This document shows, piece after piece, positions 55,507-64,000 of a stretch of 64,000 nucleotides of DNA; positions within the stretch are counted from its first letter, which is position 1, and each line of letters starts with the position of its first letter. The stretch is from an uncultured Gammaproteobacteria bacterium (lineage in GTDB: Bacteria; Patescibacteriota; Microgenomatia; CAZXEC01). Where the stretch lies: assembly GCA_964639595.1 (NCBI GenBank), contig CAZXEC010000001.1, positions 254,498 through 318,497 on the forward strand, written 5' to 3'. Position numbers and translations under genes: made by a program. The notes below the pieces were generated by a model. The model made no database searches. It was given only the letters and a program-made list of their open reading frames with translations, and was not told where the DNA came from.

Positions 55507-58500
55507 ATGGTAAAAAATAAACCAGCCAGCATTCATCGGGCCAATGCCGTCAAAACCCACTTTGATGCCACAGCTGCAGAGTATGACTATTGGAAAAAAA
55601 AGGCCCGCTACTATTATTCATTCGTCAAAAATATTTATAAGAGCTATATTCCCCCAGGCCGCGATGTTTTAGAAATAGGCTGCGGCACCGGTGAGATTTT
55701 AGCCAGTGTTTCTCCCGGCCTTGGCGTCGGCATTGACAACTCTCTCCTGATGATTAAGCAAGCTCGCCGAAAATTTCCCCAGTATAAGTTTTTAGTTGAT
55801 GATGCTCAGGCCATTTCTAAAATTAAGCAGCAATTCAGTTATATTATCATGTCCGATCTGGTAGAACATGTTTACGATGTGCAGACAATTTTGGAGCAGG
55901 CCAGAAAATTGTTAAAGCCGCAAGGCCAGATAATTTTAACCTGCATCAATCCTTTATGGAGTCCGATTTTTGATCTGGCGGAAAAATTGAAATTGAAAGC
56001 TGCCGAAGGGCCGCATAAGTGGGTTAGCTCTCTGCATCTTAAAAATATGCTCGAGCAAGCCGGTTACCGGATCAAAGAATCAGGCCATACTTTTATTATC
56101 CCCAAGAAAATTCCCCTTCTTTCAGACCTGATCAACCGGATCTTACCCAAATTACCGGTTTTAAGGCAGTTGTGCATTATCCAATATTTTGTGGCAGAAG
56201 CTGCCCCTTTTCCCCAACAGGTCGCCTATTCGATCAGTGTGGTGATACCCTGTTTCAACGAAGAAGATAATGTTCAGGATTGTATCAGGCAAGTTCCCTC
56301 AATGGGTAAATTTACCGAAATTATTGTGGTTGATGACGGATCAGGCGACCAAACTGCCATCCGCGCCCGCGCTTTAATAAGCAAATATCCTAATTTGAAA
56401 GTTATCTCTTACAAACCCAATAGAGGTAAAGTATGGGCGGTTAAGGAAGGCCTTGATCAGGCTAAAGGAGATATTGTCATGATTTGGGATGCGGATCGGA
56501 CAGTCCCGGCCGAGGAATTGCCCAGATTTTATGATGTGATTGCCCATGGCCAGGGGAGCTTTGTCAACGGTACCAGAATGGTTTATCCCATGGAGAGGCA
56601 AGCCATGAAGACTCTTAATGTTTTAGGCAACACGTTTTTTGGCTGGCTATACAGTTGGATTTTATCGACCACCATCACCGATACCCTGTGCGGGACTAAA
56701 GCACTGCTTAAAAAAGATTACCTAAATATTAAGATGGGCACAGAGCCCTGGGGAGATTTTGACCTGCTGTTTGGAGCCGGCAGGCTGGGTTTGACAATCA
56801 GAGAAGCCCCTGTCCATTATAAAATGAGAGTGGCCGGCCAGTCTAAAATGCGCACTTTAAGATATGGCATGGTAGTTGCCAAAATGTCCCTGATCGGAAT
56901 TTGGCGGTTTAAAATTAAAGGCTTTTTCAAAAAAAAAATCTCTGCAGTTTCCCGGCTGATTAATAATAATTATTTATTGTGGTTAATTTTTTTGCTGGCT
57001 CTTGTTTTGAGAATAATGGGGGTTTTCCCCAACCTGCTGGGCCATCCGGATGAGGCGCATACCCAAAATTATTCCCGGGCGCTGGTAGCCAATATCTTAA
57101 CTAAGGGTGATTTTGACCCTCATACTTACAAGTACGGATCGTTTATTTTTTATTTGCAAGCCGCGGTAGCTATCCCAATTTTAACAGTCCCCTATTTTTA
57201 TGAGCAATTTGTTGATATTGGCAAAAATCCGATTTCTGTTTTGGTGCCATTCTCTGAATATATATCAGACATCGGACCTCATATTCACAGGGAAGCCATA
57301 TTAAGTGCCGGCCGCGGTGCCACAGCTGTCGTGGGAGCATTAACTATTTTTTTGGTCTATCAAATTGCCAAAAAACTATTTGGCAAGCCGGTGGGGTTAA
57401 TATCTGCCTTGATTTTGGCAGTACTGCCTTTTCATGTCAGAGAATCTCATTACATCACCACTGATATACCGGCTCTATTTTTTATCTTGCTGGCGGTAAA
57501 CTGGATGGTTAATTTATGGCAGACTAATAAATTAAGATGGTATATTTTATCAGGACTGGCCATCGGTTATTCATCAAGTGTCAGGTATTTCCCAATTGCT
57601 CTGTTGGTCTTGCCACTGGCCTGCCTGTTTGTGGCCCAAAAAGATAAGGCTTGGGTCTTGAAAGTCATGATCGGTTTAGTTATGGTAGCGGTGGGACTGT
57701 TTTTGGGAGTGCCGTTTCTGCCGTTTAATGATGTCAACAGAGCTATTTTTAAATATGAAATGGAGAATATTGTATTGCCGTTTTACTCGACAACCATCTC
57801 CACATATTTTACCTCTTGGGCAGCATATATCACCTCCGCAGGCAGCTTGCCGCTGCCATCATTAGATAGCCTATTGCCGCAAAAATTTTCCCCTTTTCAT
57901 GCCGGTTTTCTGTTTAACCACGGCCTCACTCCGGCCTTAACTCTAACATCGTTATTAGGCGCGCTGATTGGCGTATTTAGTTCTTTTAAGAAGACTATTT
58001 TTCTGTTGGCTATACCGGCGGCTACTTTTGTTTATGCCTCTTTTTATTTAAGGAGCATTTATGAAAGAACCACTCTGCCGGTAACTGCTTTTGTTGCCAT
58101 TTTTGCCGGCTACTATCTTTATTTTATTTGGCAGAAAATCACCCAGCATCAGTTGGGTTGGCCTGGCAAAATTATGTTCCTGGTTCTGGCAGGAGTTATC
58201 TTGTGGCTGCCGTTTTATTCATCTTTATCCTCCAGTTGGGCCTGCTCCCAGCCAACCATTATTCAAGAAGGCCAAACCTGGATTGATCAAAATATATCGG
58301 TGGATGATAAAATTGCCTACCAGCAGGCCGGTATTTCTTTTCCAGTCAAACCTTTTAAGTTTTTAGAAGAGCTGCATCCACGTAAGGATTTCTCTTTGGA
58401 AGAAATCAGAGCAGCCGGCAATGATTATGCCTTTATTCATGGCGGGGCTTTGGGCTACTATACTTATCCCTATATTAATGATTTTTTTATTACCCCTGTT

Positions 58501-59148
58501 GAGCTGTATGATAATTCCTATATTCCTTTGGTTCTGAAAGAATATCAGACAAGGGCTGCCTTATTAAAAAAAGTCGCCAGACCTTTTATGTGTACGGCGG
58601 CAGAATTATTCTTTTTTAGGCTGCCGCCGCCAATTCCCCAACAACCCAATCTGGCCAAAGAGTTTAATTTCAACAACGTCAATGATTTAGATTTTTGGCA
58701 GATTCAGAATTTTGGAAGAATAACTAATAAGATTGAGATGATCCATAACCTGCAAGAAGGAATAGGCAAAAAAGGGGTTTTAGAGTATCGCTGGAGCAGC
58801 ATTTCTTATACAGCGCCGCGGTTCGTTTCCAGGCCGATTCCTGTTTTGTCTGGTAAGAAATATACAATAGAAGGATGGATTAAATCCAGCAATAATTTAG
58901 AACCAGACCAAAGAGATGGATTTTTGAGAGTTGATTTTTACAAAGAGATGAATTTTAACTCATTGCTGCCCGGTGATGTGGTGGCCCTAACTCCCAGAAT
59001 TTATGGTCCATCAGGTTGGAAGTTTGTTACAGTTTCTGCCCAAGCCCCTGAAAAAGTAGTCTATCTGACCATTTCCTTCCAAATATCCGGATCACAAACT
59101 ACCGGTTCGTTTTTTGTTGATGATATTAAAATCTGGCAAGAGGAGTAG
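55507..59148 (+). CDS. Tri-functional fusion (1213 aa): class I SAM methyltransferase + GT2 glycosyltransferase + PMT/ArnT-like GT-C membrane domain + C-terminal carbohydrate-binding-like beta domain
   Basis: Methyltransferase motif I VLEIGCGTGEIL (aa ~55-66). GT2 motifs ISVVIPCFNEEDNV, IIVVDDGSGDQT and MIWDADR (aa ~240-340). Multi-TM region with a GHPDEAHTQNY loop. Hydrophilic C-terminal ~250 aa. Confidence 0.7.
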   Translation: MVKNKPASIHRANAVKTHFDATAAEYDYWKKKARYYYSFVKNIYKSYIPPGRDVLEIGCGTGEILASVSPGLGVGIDNSLLMIKQARRKFPQYKFLVDDAQAISKIKQQFSYIIMSDLVEHVYDVQTILEQARKLLKPQGQIILTCINPLWSPIFDLAEKLKLKAAEGPHKWVSSLHLKNMLEQAGYRIKESGHTFIIPKKIPLLSDLINRILPKLPVLRQLCIIQYFVAEAAPFPQQVAYSISVVIPCFNEEDNVQDCIRQVPSMGKFTEIIVVDDGSGDQTAIRARALISKYPNLKVISYKPNRGKVWAVKEGLDQAKGDIVMIWDADRTVPAEELPRFYDVIAHGQGSFVNGTRMVYPMERQAMKTLNVLGNTFFGWLYSWILSTTITDTLCGTKALLKKDYLNIKMGTEPWGDFDLLFGAGRLGLTIREAPVHYKMRVAGQSKMRTLRYGMVVAKMSLIGIWRFKIKGFFKKKISAVSRLINNNYLLWLIFLLALVLRIMGVFPNLLGHPDEAHTQNYSRALVANILTKGDFDPHTYKYGSFIFYLQAAVAIPILTVPYFYEQFVDIGKNPISVLVPFSEYISDIGPHIHREAILSAGRGATAVVGALTIFLVYQIAKKLFGKPVGLISALILAVLPFHVRESHYITTDIPALFFILLAVNWMVNLWQTNKLRWYILSGLAIGYSSSVRYFPIALLVLPLACLFVAQKDKAWVLKVMIGLVMVAVGLFLGVPFLPFNDVNRAIFKYEMENIVLPFYSTTISTYFTSWAAYITSAGSLPLPSLDSLLPQKFSPFHAGFLFNHGLTPALTLTSLLGALIGVFSSFKKTIFLLAIPAATFVYASFYLRSIYERTTLPVTAFVAIFAGYYLYFIWQKITQHQLGWPGKIMFLVLAGVILWLPFYSSLSSSWACSQPTIIQEGQTWIDQNISVDDKIAYQQAGISFPVKPFKFLEELHPRKDFSLEEIRAAGNDYAFIHGGALGYYTYPYINDFFITPVELYDNSYIPLVLKEYQTRAALLKKVARPFMCTAAELFFFRLPPPIPQQPNLAKEFNFNNVNDLDFWQIQNFGRITNKIEMIHNLQEGIGKKGVLEYRWSSISYTAPRFVSRPIPVLSGKKYTIEGWIKSSNNLEPDQRDGFLRVDFYKEMNFNSLLPGDVVALTPRIYGPSGWKFVTVSAQAPEKVVYLTISFQISGSQTTGSFFVDDIKIWQEE

Positions 59149-59315
59149 CAATCCTGTTTTGTGCGGAACTATTGCGGCTCGTCTCTGTCTTCGCGTGAAG
59201 GCTACAGTACAATAATCCAAGGCTAGATGTTTGGTGTTTAAGTAACCTTCGCGCTTGACAAGAGGTGGCTAGTGTGAGAATCTAGGTTGAAAATATATAC
59301 CCGTTTAACTCCAGT

Positions 59316-60212
59316 TTGCTCGCCTTGCTGAAGGGCTTTCGGCGAAGCTGGCAACTTCCATTAAACGATTATGTATCCAAAATAATTTTTTATAGTTACA
59401 AAGCGGAGCATTTTGGATATAACAAATTTACTATGTTAACAACTAGATCACCGCGTAAACGCTTAAGTATTATGGTGCCGGCACTCAATGAGCAGGGGAA
59501 CTTAGCAGCAACCATCAAGGAAATATTGGCAGGTTTGAAAGGCAGTCCGATTGCGGATTACGAGATCATAATTTTTGACGACGGCTCAACCGATGGGACA
59601 GGACGAATAGCCGATAAACTAGCCAGACAGAACAAGAAAATCAGAGTTGTCCATAATAGGCCCAACCGAGGCATTGGCTATTGTTATCATAAAGGAGTAA
59701 AGATGGCCAAATTTGAATATTATCTCTATATCCCCGGCGATAATCAATATCCGGCTAAAGCTTTTCGCGATTCACTTAACTTAATAGGCAAAGCTGATAT
59801 AGTCATACCCTTTGTCACTAACATGCAGATAAGACCAATTTCTAGAAGATTAGTATCATATCTGTTCACAGAAATTCTCAACTTTCTGTTCAACCTTAAA
59901 ATTACGTATTATAATAGTGCCGTGATACATCAATCTAGAATCTTAAAACTAATGCCTCTGGATTTAACTAGTCGGTTTTCATACCAGGCATTGATTTTAG
60001 TGAGACTGGTAAAAGGGGGCGCCAGTTATATTGAATTCGGTTACAAGATGTATGAAAGGCGGAGCGGAGTTACCACGGCTTTTAGATTAGATAGTATCGC
60101 CAATGTAGTTCGGTCGCTATTGTCGTTATTCTTTGAATTACAAATATTAAAAAAAGCTCCTGTGCCGTTAAAAATAACTAAAATGCTTACGCAGAAAAAA
60201 GTGGTCAGGTGA
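59316..60212 (+). CDS. GT2 glycosyltransferase
   Basis: LSIMVPALNEQGNL ... IIIFDDGSTDGT. The probable true start is the downstream Met near 59433. Confidence 0.7.
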   Translation: MLALLKGFRRSWQLPLNDYVSKIIFYSYKAEHFGYNKFTMLTTRSPRKRLSIMVPALNEQGNLAATIKEILAGLKGSPIADYEIIIFDDGSTDGTGRIADKLARQNKKIRVVHNRPNRGIGYCYHKGVKMAKFEYYLYIPGDNQYPAKAFRDSLNLIGKADIVIPFVTNMQIRPISRRLVSYLFTEILNFLFNLKITYYNSAVIHQSRILKLMPLDLTSRFSYQALILVRLVKGGASYIEFGYKMYERRSGVTTAFRLDSIANVVRSLLSLFFELQILKKAPVPLKITKMLTQKKVVR

Positions 60213-60221
60213 AGTATTAAT

Positions 60222-60902
60222 ATGGCGAAAAAAAGTTTTAAACTGGGTAGAGAGGTTAACTTGCTTGATGCCTATCCGTCTGCCAAAAGGTCTTTTGATG
60301 ACAGGTTCTCAAGCATTACTGTAGCAGACAGGATAGCTGCCCGCTACTTTGGCAGAGAATATTTTGACGGCACCAGAAATCAGGGTTACGGCGGGTATTC
60401 TTATCATCCTCGCTTTTGGCAACCGGTTGTCAAGAGGCTGCAGGCATATTACAGATTGTCTGCCAAAAGTCGGGTTTTAGACGTTGGTTGCGGTAAAGGG
60501 TTTTTACTGCATGATTTAAAAGAACTGATTCCGCAAATTACGGTGGCCGGGGTAGATATTTCAGAATATGCTATAAATTCTGCCTTAGATGACGTTAAAC
60601 CGTTTATCCAAATTGGTAATGCCAAAAAACTTCCTTTTGCAGATGGGACTTTTGATCTAGTTTTGTCTATTAATACCATCCACAATTTACCGATAGAAGA
60701 TTGCCTGCCGGCTTTATCTGAAATAGAACGGGTTTCCCAAAAACACAAGTTTATTGTAGTGGATGCATGGAGAACTGAAGAGGAAAAACAGCGGATGGCA
60801 AAATGGGTGATAACCGGCATAACTTGTCTGTCCACCAAGGATTGGAAGGAACTGTTCAAGTTAGCTGGGTATAGTGGCGATTTTTATTGGTTTATCGTTT
60901 AA
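60222..60902 (+). CDS. Class I SAM-dependent methyltransferase
   Basis: VLDVGCGKGFLL motif I and FADGTFDLVLSINTIHNLP. Confidence 0.8.
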   Translation: MAKKSFKLGREVNLLDAYPSAKRSFDDRFSSITVADRIAARYFGREYFDGTRNQGYGGYSYHPRFWQPVVKRLQAYYRLSAKSRVLDVGCGKGFLLHDLKELIPQITVAGVDISEYAINSALDDVKPFIQIGNAKKLPFADGTFDLVLSINTIHNLPIEDCLPALSEIERVSQKHKFIVVDAWRTEEEKQRMAKWVITGITCLSTKDWKELFKLAGYSGDFYWFIV

Positions 60903-61807
60903 ATTTGATGATGAAAGATATAAGAGTAGTTGTGATCGGCCATACCGGATTTATCGGACAGGAAATTTTTAGGCAGTTAGTAAATAAAGTTAGTGATCTT
61001 GAAGGTTATTCCACTGCTGATTTTGACTTGTCAGATTCTACCAGTATTATCCAATTAGGTCCTAGACTAACTACTGATACCATCCTGATTGTGGCAGCAG
61101 CTCTCAACAGAGAAAAAGGCGATACTATAGAGATTATGCAAAAACATATTGGCATGATCGCCAATTTAGCCAAGGTGCTCGAGCTGTATCCGTCTACCAA
61201 GTGTGTTTATTTATCATCTGCAGATGTGTATGGCAGACCAGAGGAGTTGCCTATTACCGAGAAAACGCCTGTTAATCCGCAATCATTTTACGGCATTGCT
61301 AAGTTTACCTGCGAAAAAATTTTACAAAAAGTAGCCAATGATAAAAAATTCTCACTTTTAATTTTAAGGTACAATGGGATATTTGGGCCTGGGCAGAAAA
61401 ATACCGGGTATGGTCCCAATAATTTCATCAAGTCCGCCATCCAAGAAGGAAAGGTTAGAATCTGGGGTGATGGCAGTGAAAAAAGAGATGCGGTTTATGT
61501 GTTTGATTTAGCCAGGCTGATTGTTGATTTATCACTGGGACAGGCTGAAGGTATTTTTAATGTAGCCACCGGTAAAAGTGTCAGTTTTGAAGATATAGTA
61601 AATACGTTAGGGAAAATTTCCCATGGTCCATTTCAGGTGATAGTCAAAGAACGGACCAGCCCTGCTCTTGACCAGAAATTTAAAATTACTAAGTTGAAAA
61701 AATACCTGCCACGTTTGAGATTTACTCCTTTTGAAAAAGCTCTGAAGGCAACCTACCAATTTTATAAAGAAAAGGCAGAGCAGGGCGAGTTATTTGTCTA
61801 CTTATGA
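60887..61807 (+). CDS. NAD(P)-dependent sugar epimerase/reductase (SDR; dTDP-4-dehydrorhamnose-reductase / GDP-fucose-synthase-like)
   Basis: VVVIGHTGFIGQEIF Rossmann motif and YGIAK catalytic motif. Confidence 0.8.
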   Translation: MVYRLNLMMKDIRVVVIGHTGFIGQEIFRQLVNKVSDLEGYSTADFDLSDSTSIIQLGPRLTTDTILIVAAALNREKGDTIEIMQKHIGMIANLAKVLELYPSTKCVYLSSADVYGRPEELPITEKTPVNPQSFYGIAKFTCEKILQKVANDKKFSLLILRYNGIFGPGQKNTGYGPNNFIKSAIQEGKVRIWGDGSEKRDAVYVFDLARLIVDLSLGQAEGIFNVATGKSVSFEDIVNTLGKISHGPFQVIVKERTSPALDQKFKITKLKKYLPRLRFTPFEKALKATYQFYKEKAEQGELFVYL

Positions 61808-61819
61808 ACAGGTACATTA

Positions 61820-63013
61820 TTAGTAACTAAAAAGGTACCAAAACCGTGCATTGGTATGCTTCCATTTGTTATAAACCTGATGAGCTAGTATAGGTGCCAT
61901 TCCCAAGATGACCTGATCTCCCCTTTTTAAGATATCTGGATGTTTGATGGAAACACCTAAATGTTGTTTCCCTATCTTCCAAGGAGACTCGTCAACAAAA
62001 AAATCAATCTTATTATCAACAAGCCCTGCTATCCAAGTACCAGCTTCTGCTGTGCCAAAAATTATTAGTGGATGCTTGTTATTTGCTTGCCGCACCAACC
62101 GTTCAAATGCCGATATAAATTTTACATTTTTTCTAGCTAGACTGCGTAAAAAAATACCGAATTTTAATTCTCCTGCGTAGCTTTGATCTCCTATCCTGGC
62201 TACATATGTCAACTCTTTGGGCACAGTAGATGTGCTTTTTATTACCACTTTAAATCCCGCATTTATCATTATTTGTTCAAGTGTTTCTGGAGAAAAATGA
62301 GACATATGCTCAAACACCAGGATATCAAATGGATTTAGGGAATAATTTGGCACTTGAACAAGTAGCAGTCCATTCGGAAGGAGAAGTTTCCTTACCTTTT
62401 TAAGAAACTCCTTTGGATTATTAATATGCTCTAGCGTATGCACGATTGTGATGAGATTGAATTTTTCTTTTATCCTGCCGAGATCCCCGTTATAGAATCC
62501 AGCAAATTTAGGAATTTTTCTAAGGTGCTCTTCATAAGAGTCGGCAATCTCATACCCAAACAGCCTCCATCCCGGAAATTTTTTGGAAAATTTAGCAAGA
62601 AGGAGTCCTTTATTGCATCCTATATCTAGAATTTTCCCGGAATTTGACAGACGAGCGCTAGTAGCTAACATCGCAATCAGTAGATCTGTTCTGGATTGAG
62701 GGGGCTTTTCTGGGATAAAAATTGCCTGATCCTGCTCATCTTGATCTTCAAAAAGTTGATAGCTGCGATAAATCTTAGTCAGTTCCTTTTTATCTGGTTT
62801 TTTAAAAACATAACCGCATTTTCTACATTGAAATACTACCACTCCCTTTGGCCAGATTCGCAGATCTGAAGTAATAGAAAGAGGTGTTTGTGAGCTAAAT
62901 ATAAGCAGATTATTTTTAGCACCGCAGATGTTGCATTTATGGGACTTAATTATTTTCAAAAATTCTTTTCTTTTTGGCATAAATTTGTTTAATGGTTTTT
63001 TTAATATCTCCAA
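61820..63013 (-). CDS. SAM-dependent methyltransferase with an N-terminal zinc ribbon (sugar C-methyltransferase-like)
   Basis: CNICGAKNN ... CRKCGYVF zinc ribbon, followed by ILDIGCNKGLL motif I. Confidence 0.7.
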   Translation of the reverse strand: MEILKKPLNKFMPKRKEFLKIIKSHKCNICGAKNNLLIFSSQTPLSITSDLRIWPKGVVVFQCRKCGYVFKKPDKKELTKIYRSYQLFEDQDEQDQAIFIPEKPPQSRTDLLIAMLATSARLSNSGKILDIGCNKGLLLAKFSKKFPGWRLFGYEIADSYEEHLRKIPKFAGFYNGDLGRIKEKFNLITIVHTLEHINNPKEFLKKVRKLLLPNGLLLVQVPNYSLNPFDILVFEHMSHFSPETLEQIMINAGFKVVIKSTSTVPKELTYVARIGDQSYAGELKFGIFLRSLARKNVKFISAFERLVRQANNKHPLIIFGTAEAGTWIAGLVDNKIDFFVDESPWKIGKQHLGVSIKHPDILKRGDQVILGMAPILAHQVYNKWKHTNARFWYLFSY

Positions 63014-63953
63014 TAGAAAATCCCAGTGTGTCCAAAATCTCCGTTTGTTTGCCGTAATTGGTCAAAAACTCATCTTTTAAGGCAATACCGGCAATGGGGA
63101 TGTTCAGCTGGTATCTTGCCATCACTTCCACTATTGCAGAATAAATTCCGCCAATGATGGAATGTTCCTCTATTGTTACTAAAGCTCGAGTTCTTTTAAT
63201 AGTCTCTACTACTTTGCGTTCATCGAGGGGTTTTAATGTATGCATATTAATTACCTCGACACTAATCCCTTGTTTTTCCAGCTCATCTGCCGCCGCCAGC
63301 GCTCGAGCAAGGATGGGTCCATAACCAATGATTGCCACGTCTTTTCCCCTTTTCATTGTGACTGCTTTGCCTATTTTAAATTGATAATCTTTTTTATAAA
63401 GTACTGGATCGCCAGTTCTGGCCAAACGTACATAAACCGGGCCTTTATAGTCAATAATTGCATCAGCAGTCTTTATTGCCTCCATCGGGTCTGCCGGCGA
63501 AATTACTGTCATGTTTGGTAAAGCTCGCATCATTGAAATATCTTCTAGGGCTGTATGAGTTCCACCCAGGGTTGAATAAACAATTCCGCCCCCGATTCCT
63601 ATAATTTTGACATTAACATTTTGATAGCAAACATCATCCCTGACCTGCTCATAACAGCGCATGACAACAAAAGGGATGATGCTATAAGTAATGGGGATTT
63701 TACCGGATAGGGCCAGTCCTGCCGCCATGCCGGTCATATTGGCTTCCGCTAATCCGGCATTGATGAATCTAGATGGAAGTTTTTCCTTGAACTCCAGAAA
63801 GGCAGGCGTTGGGGCGTCGTTGGTGATAATAATGATGTTGTTATTCTTAGCCGCTATCTCGCATAATCTCTTAGTGAAGGCGTTTCTCATATCTGCGAAA
63901 GTTCTTTCATGGCTTTTTGATACTCTTCTTGAGTCGGAGCCCGATAATGCCAA
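62946..63953 (-). CDS. Transketolase C-terminal subunit (pyrimidine-binding + C-terminal domains of a split transketolase)
   Basis: [30 protein letters not shown] ... [10 protein letters not shown], typical of the transketolase/DXS/E1-beta Pyr domain. About 310-aa size class. The N-terminal subunit presumably lies beyond the window end. Confidence 0.85.
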   Translation of the reverse strand: MALSGSDSRRVSKSHERTFADMRNAFTKRLCEIAAKNNNIIIITNDAPTPAFLEFKEKLPSRFINAGLAEANMTGMAAGLALSGKIPITYSIIPFVVMRCYEQVRDDVCYQNVNVKIIGIGGGIVYSTLGGTHTALEDISMMRALPNMTVISPADPMEAIKTADAIIDYKGPVYVRLARTGDPVLYKKDYQFKIGKAVTMKRGKDVAIIGYGPILARALAAADELEKQGISVEVINMHTLKPLDERKVVETIKRTRALVTIEEHSIIGGIYSAIVEVMARYQLNIPIAGIALKDEFLTNYGKQTEILDTLGFSIGDIKKTIKQIYAKKKRIFENN

Positions 63954-64000
63954 ACTGGACTATTTTCCATAAAAGAAACTCCTTTGCCTTTGACGGTATG

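Noticed and set aside
59255-59281. Possible promoter TTGACA-15 nt-(TGT)GAGAAT upstream of the GT2 gene at 59316
   Set aside because: The spacer is too short (15 nt) and the -10 element is weak, so it was not listed as a feature.
63691-63972. 93-aa plus-strand ORF at the window end
   Set aside because: It overlaps the transketolase C-terminal subunit gene on the opposite strand and is spurious.

Overview
This 64 kb window is a dense surface-glycosylation / polysaccharide-assembly island with a compact type V CRISPR-Cas locus embedded in it. The genome is AT-leaning and almost certainly bacterial, because three near-perfect sigma70 promoters of the form TTGACA-17 nt-TATAAT are visible. The gene content suggests a CPR/Patescibacteria-like lineage, but this cannot be resolved from sequence alone.

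The island carries about 13 GT2 genes, 3 GT4 genes, many polytopic GT-C membrane proteins (PMT/ArnT-like and YfhO-like), 2 Wzx-type flippases, 2 NAD-dependent sugar epimerases, 3-4 SAM methyltransferases and one 1213-aa methyltransferase-GT2-GT-C fusion. Five tandem paralogs of a PMT-like membrane transferase occupy 26454-33263 and 38850-40556.

The CRISPR-Cas cassette (33753-38850) sits between paralogs 4 and 5. On the minus strand it reads cas1-cas2-cas4-(585-aa TnpB-like Cas12f/Cas14-like effector), then a roughly 280-bp non-coding region that probably holds the leader and a tracrRNA, then an 8-repeat array of 37-bp repeats. The Cas4 has lost its Fe-S cysteines. The repeat, read in the sense of the cas genes, ends in ...AAGGAAUGCAAC, which matches my recollection of the Cas14a1 (Un1Cas12f1) repeat 3' end. 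I regard this miniature type V system, with a complete adaptation module in a bacterial glycosylation island, as the headline feature.

Other points worth a second look:
- Heptanucleotide tandem repeats (GTTGTCA)x4 and (GTCAACT)x4 inside two different glycosyltransferase genes, and related micro-repeats in the variable loop of the PMT-like paralogs; these are candidate slipped-strand contingency sites.
- A roughly 26-nt palindromic element present once in an intergenic region and once in-frame inside a paralog.
- Related palindromes flanking the CRISPR cassette.
- Promoters abutting start codons, consistent with leaderless mRNAs.

No rRNA or tRNA genes were seen.
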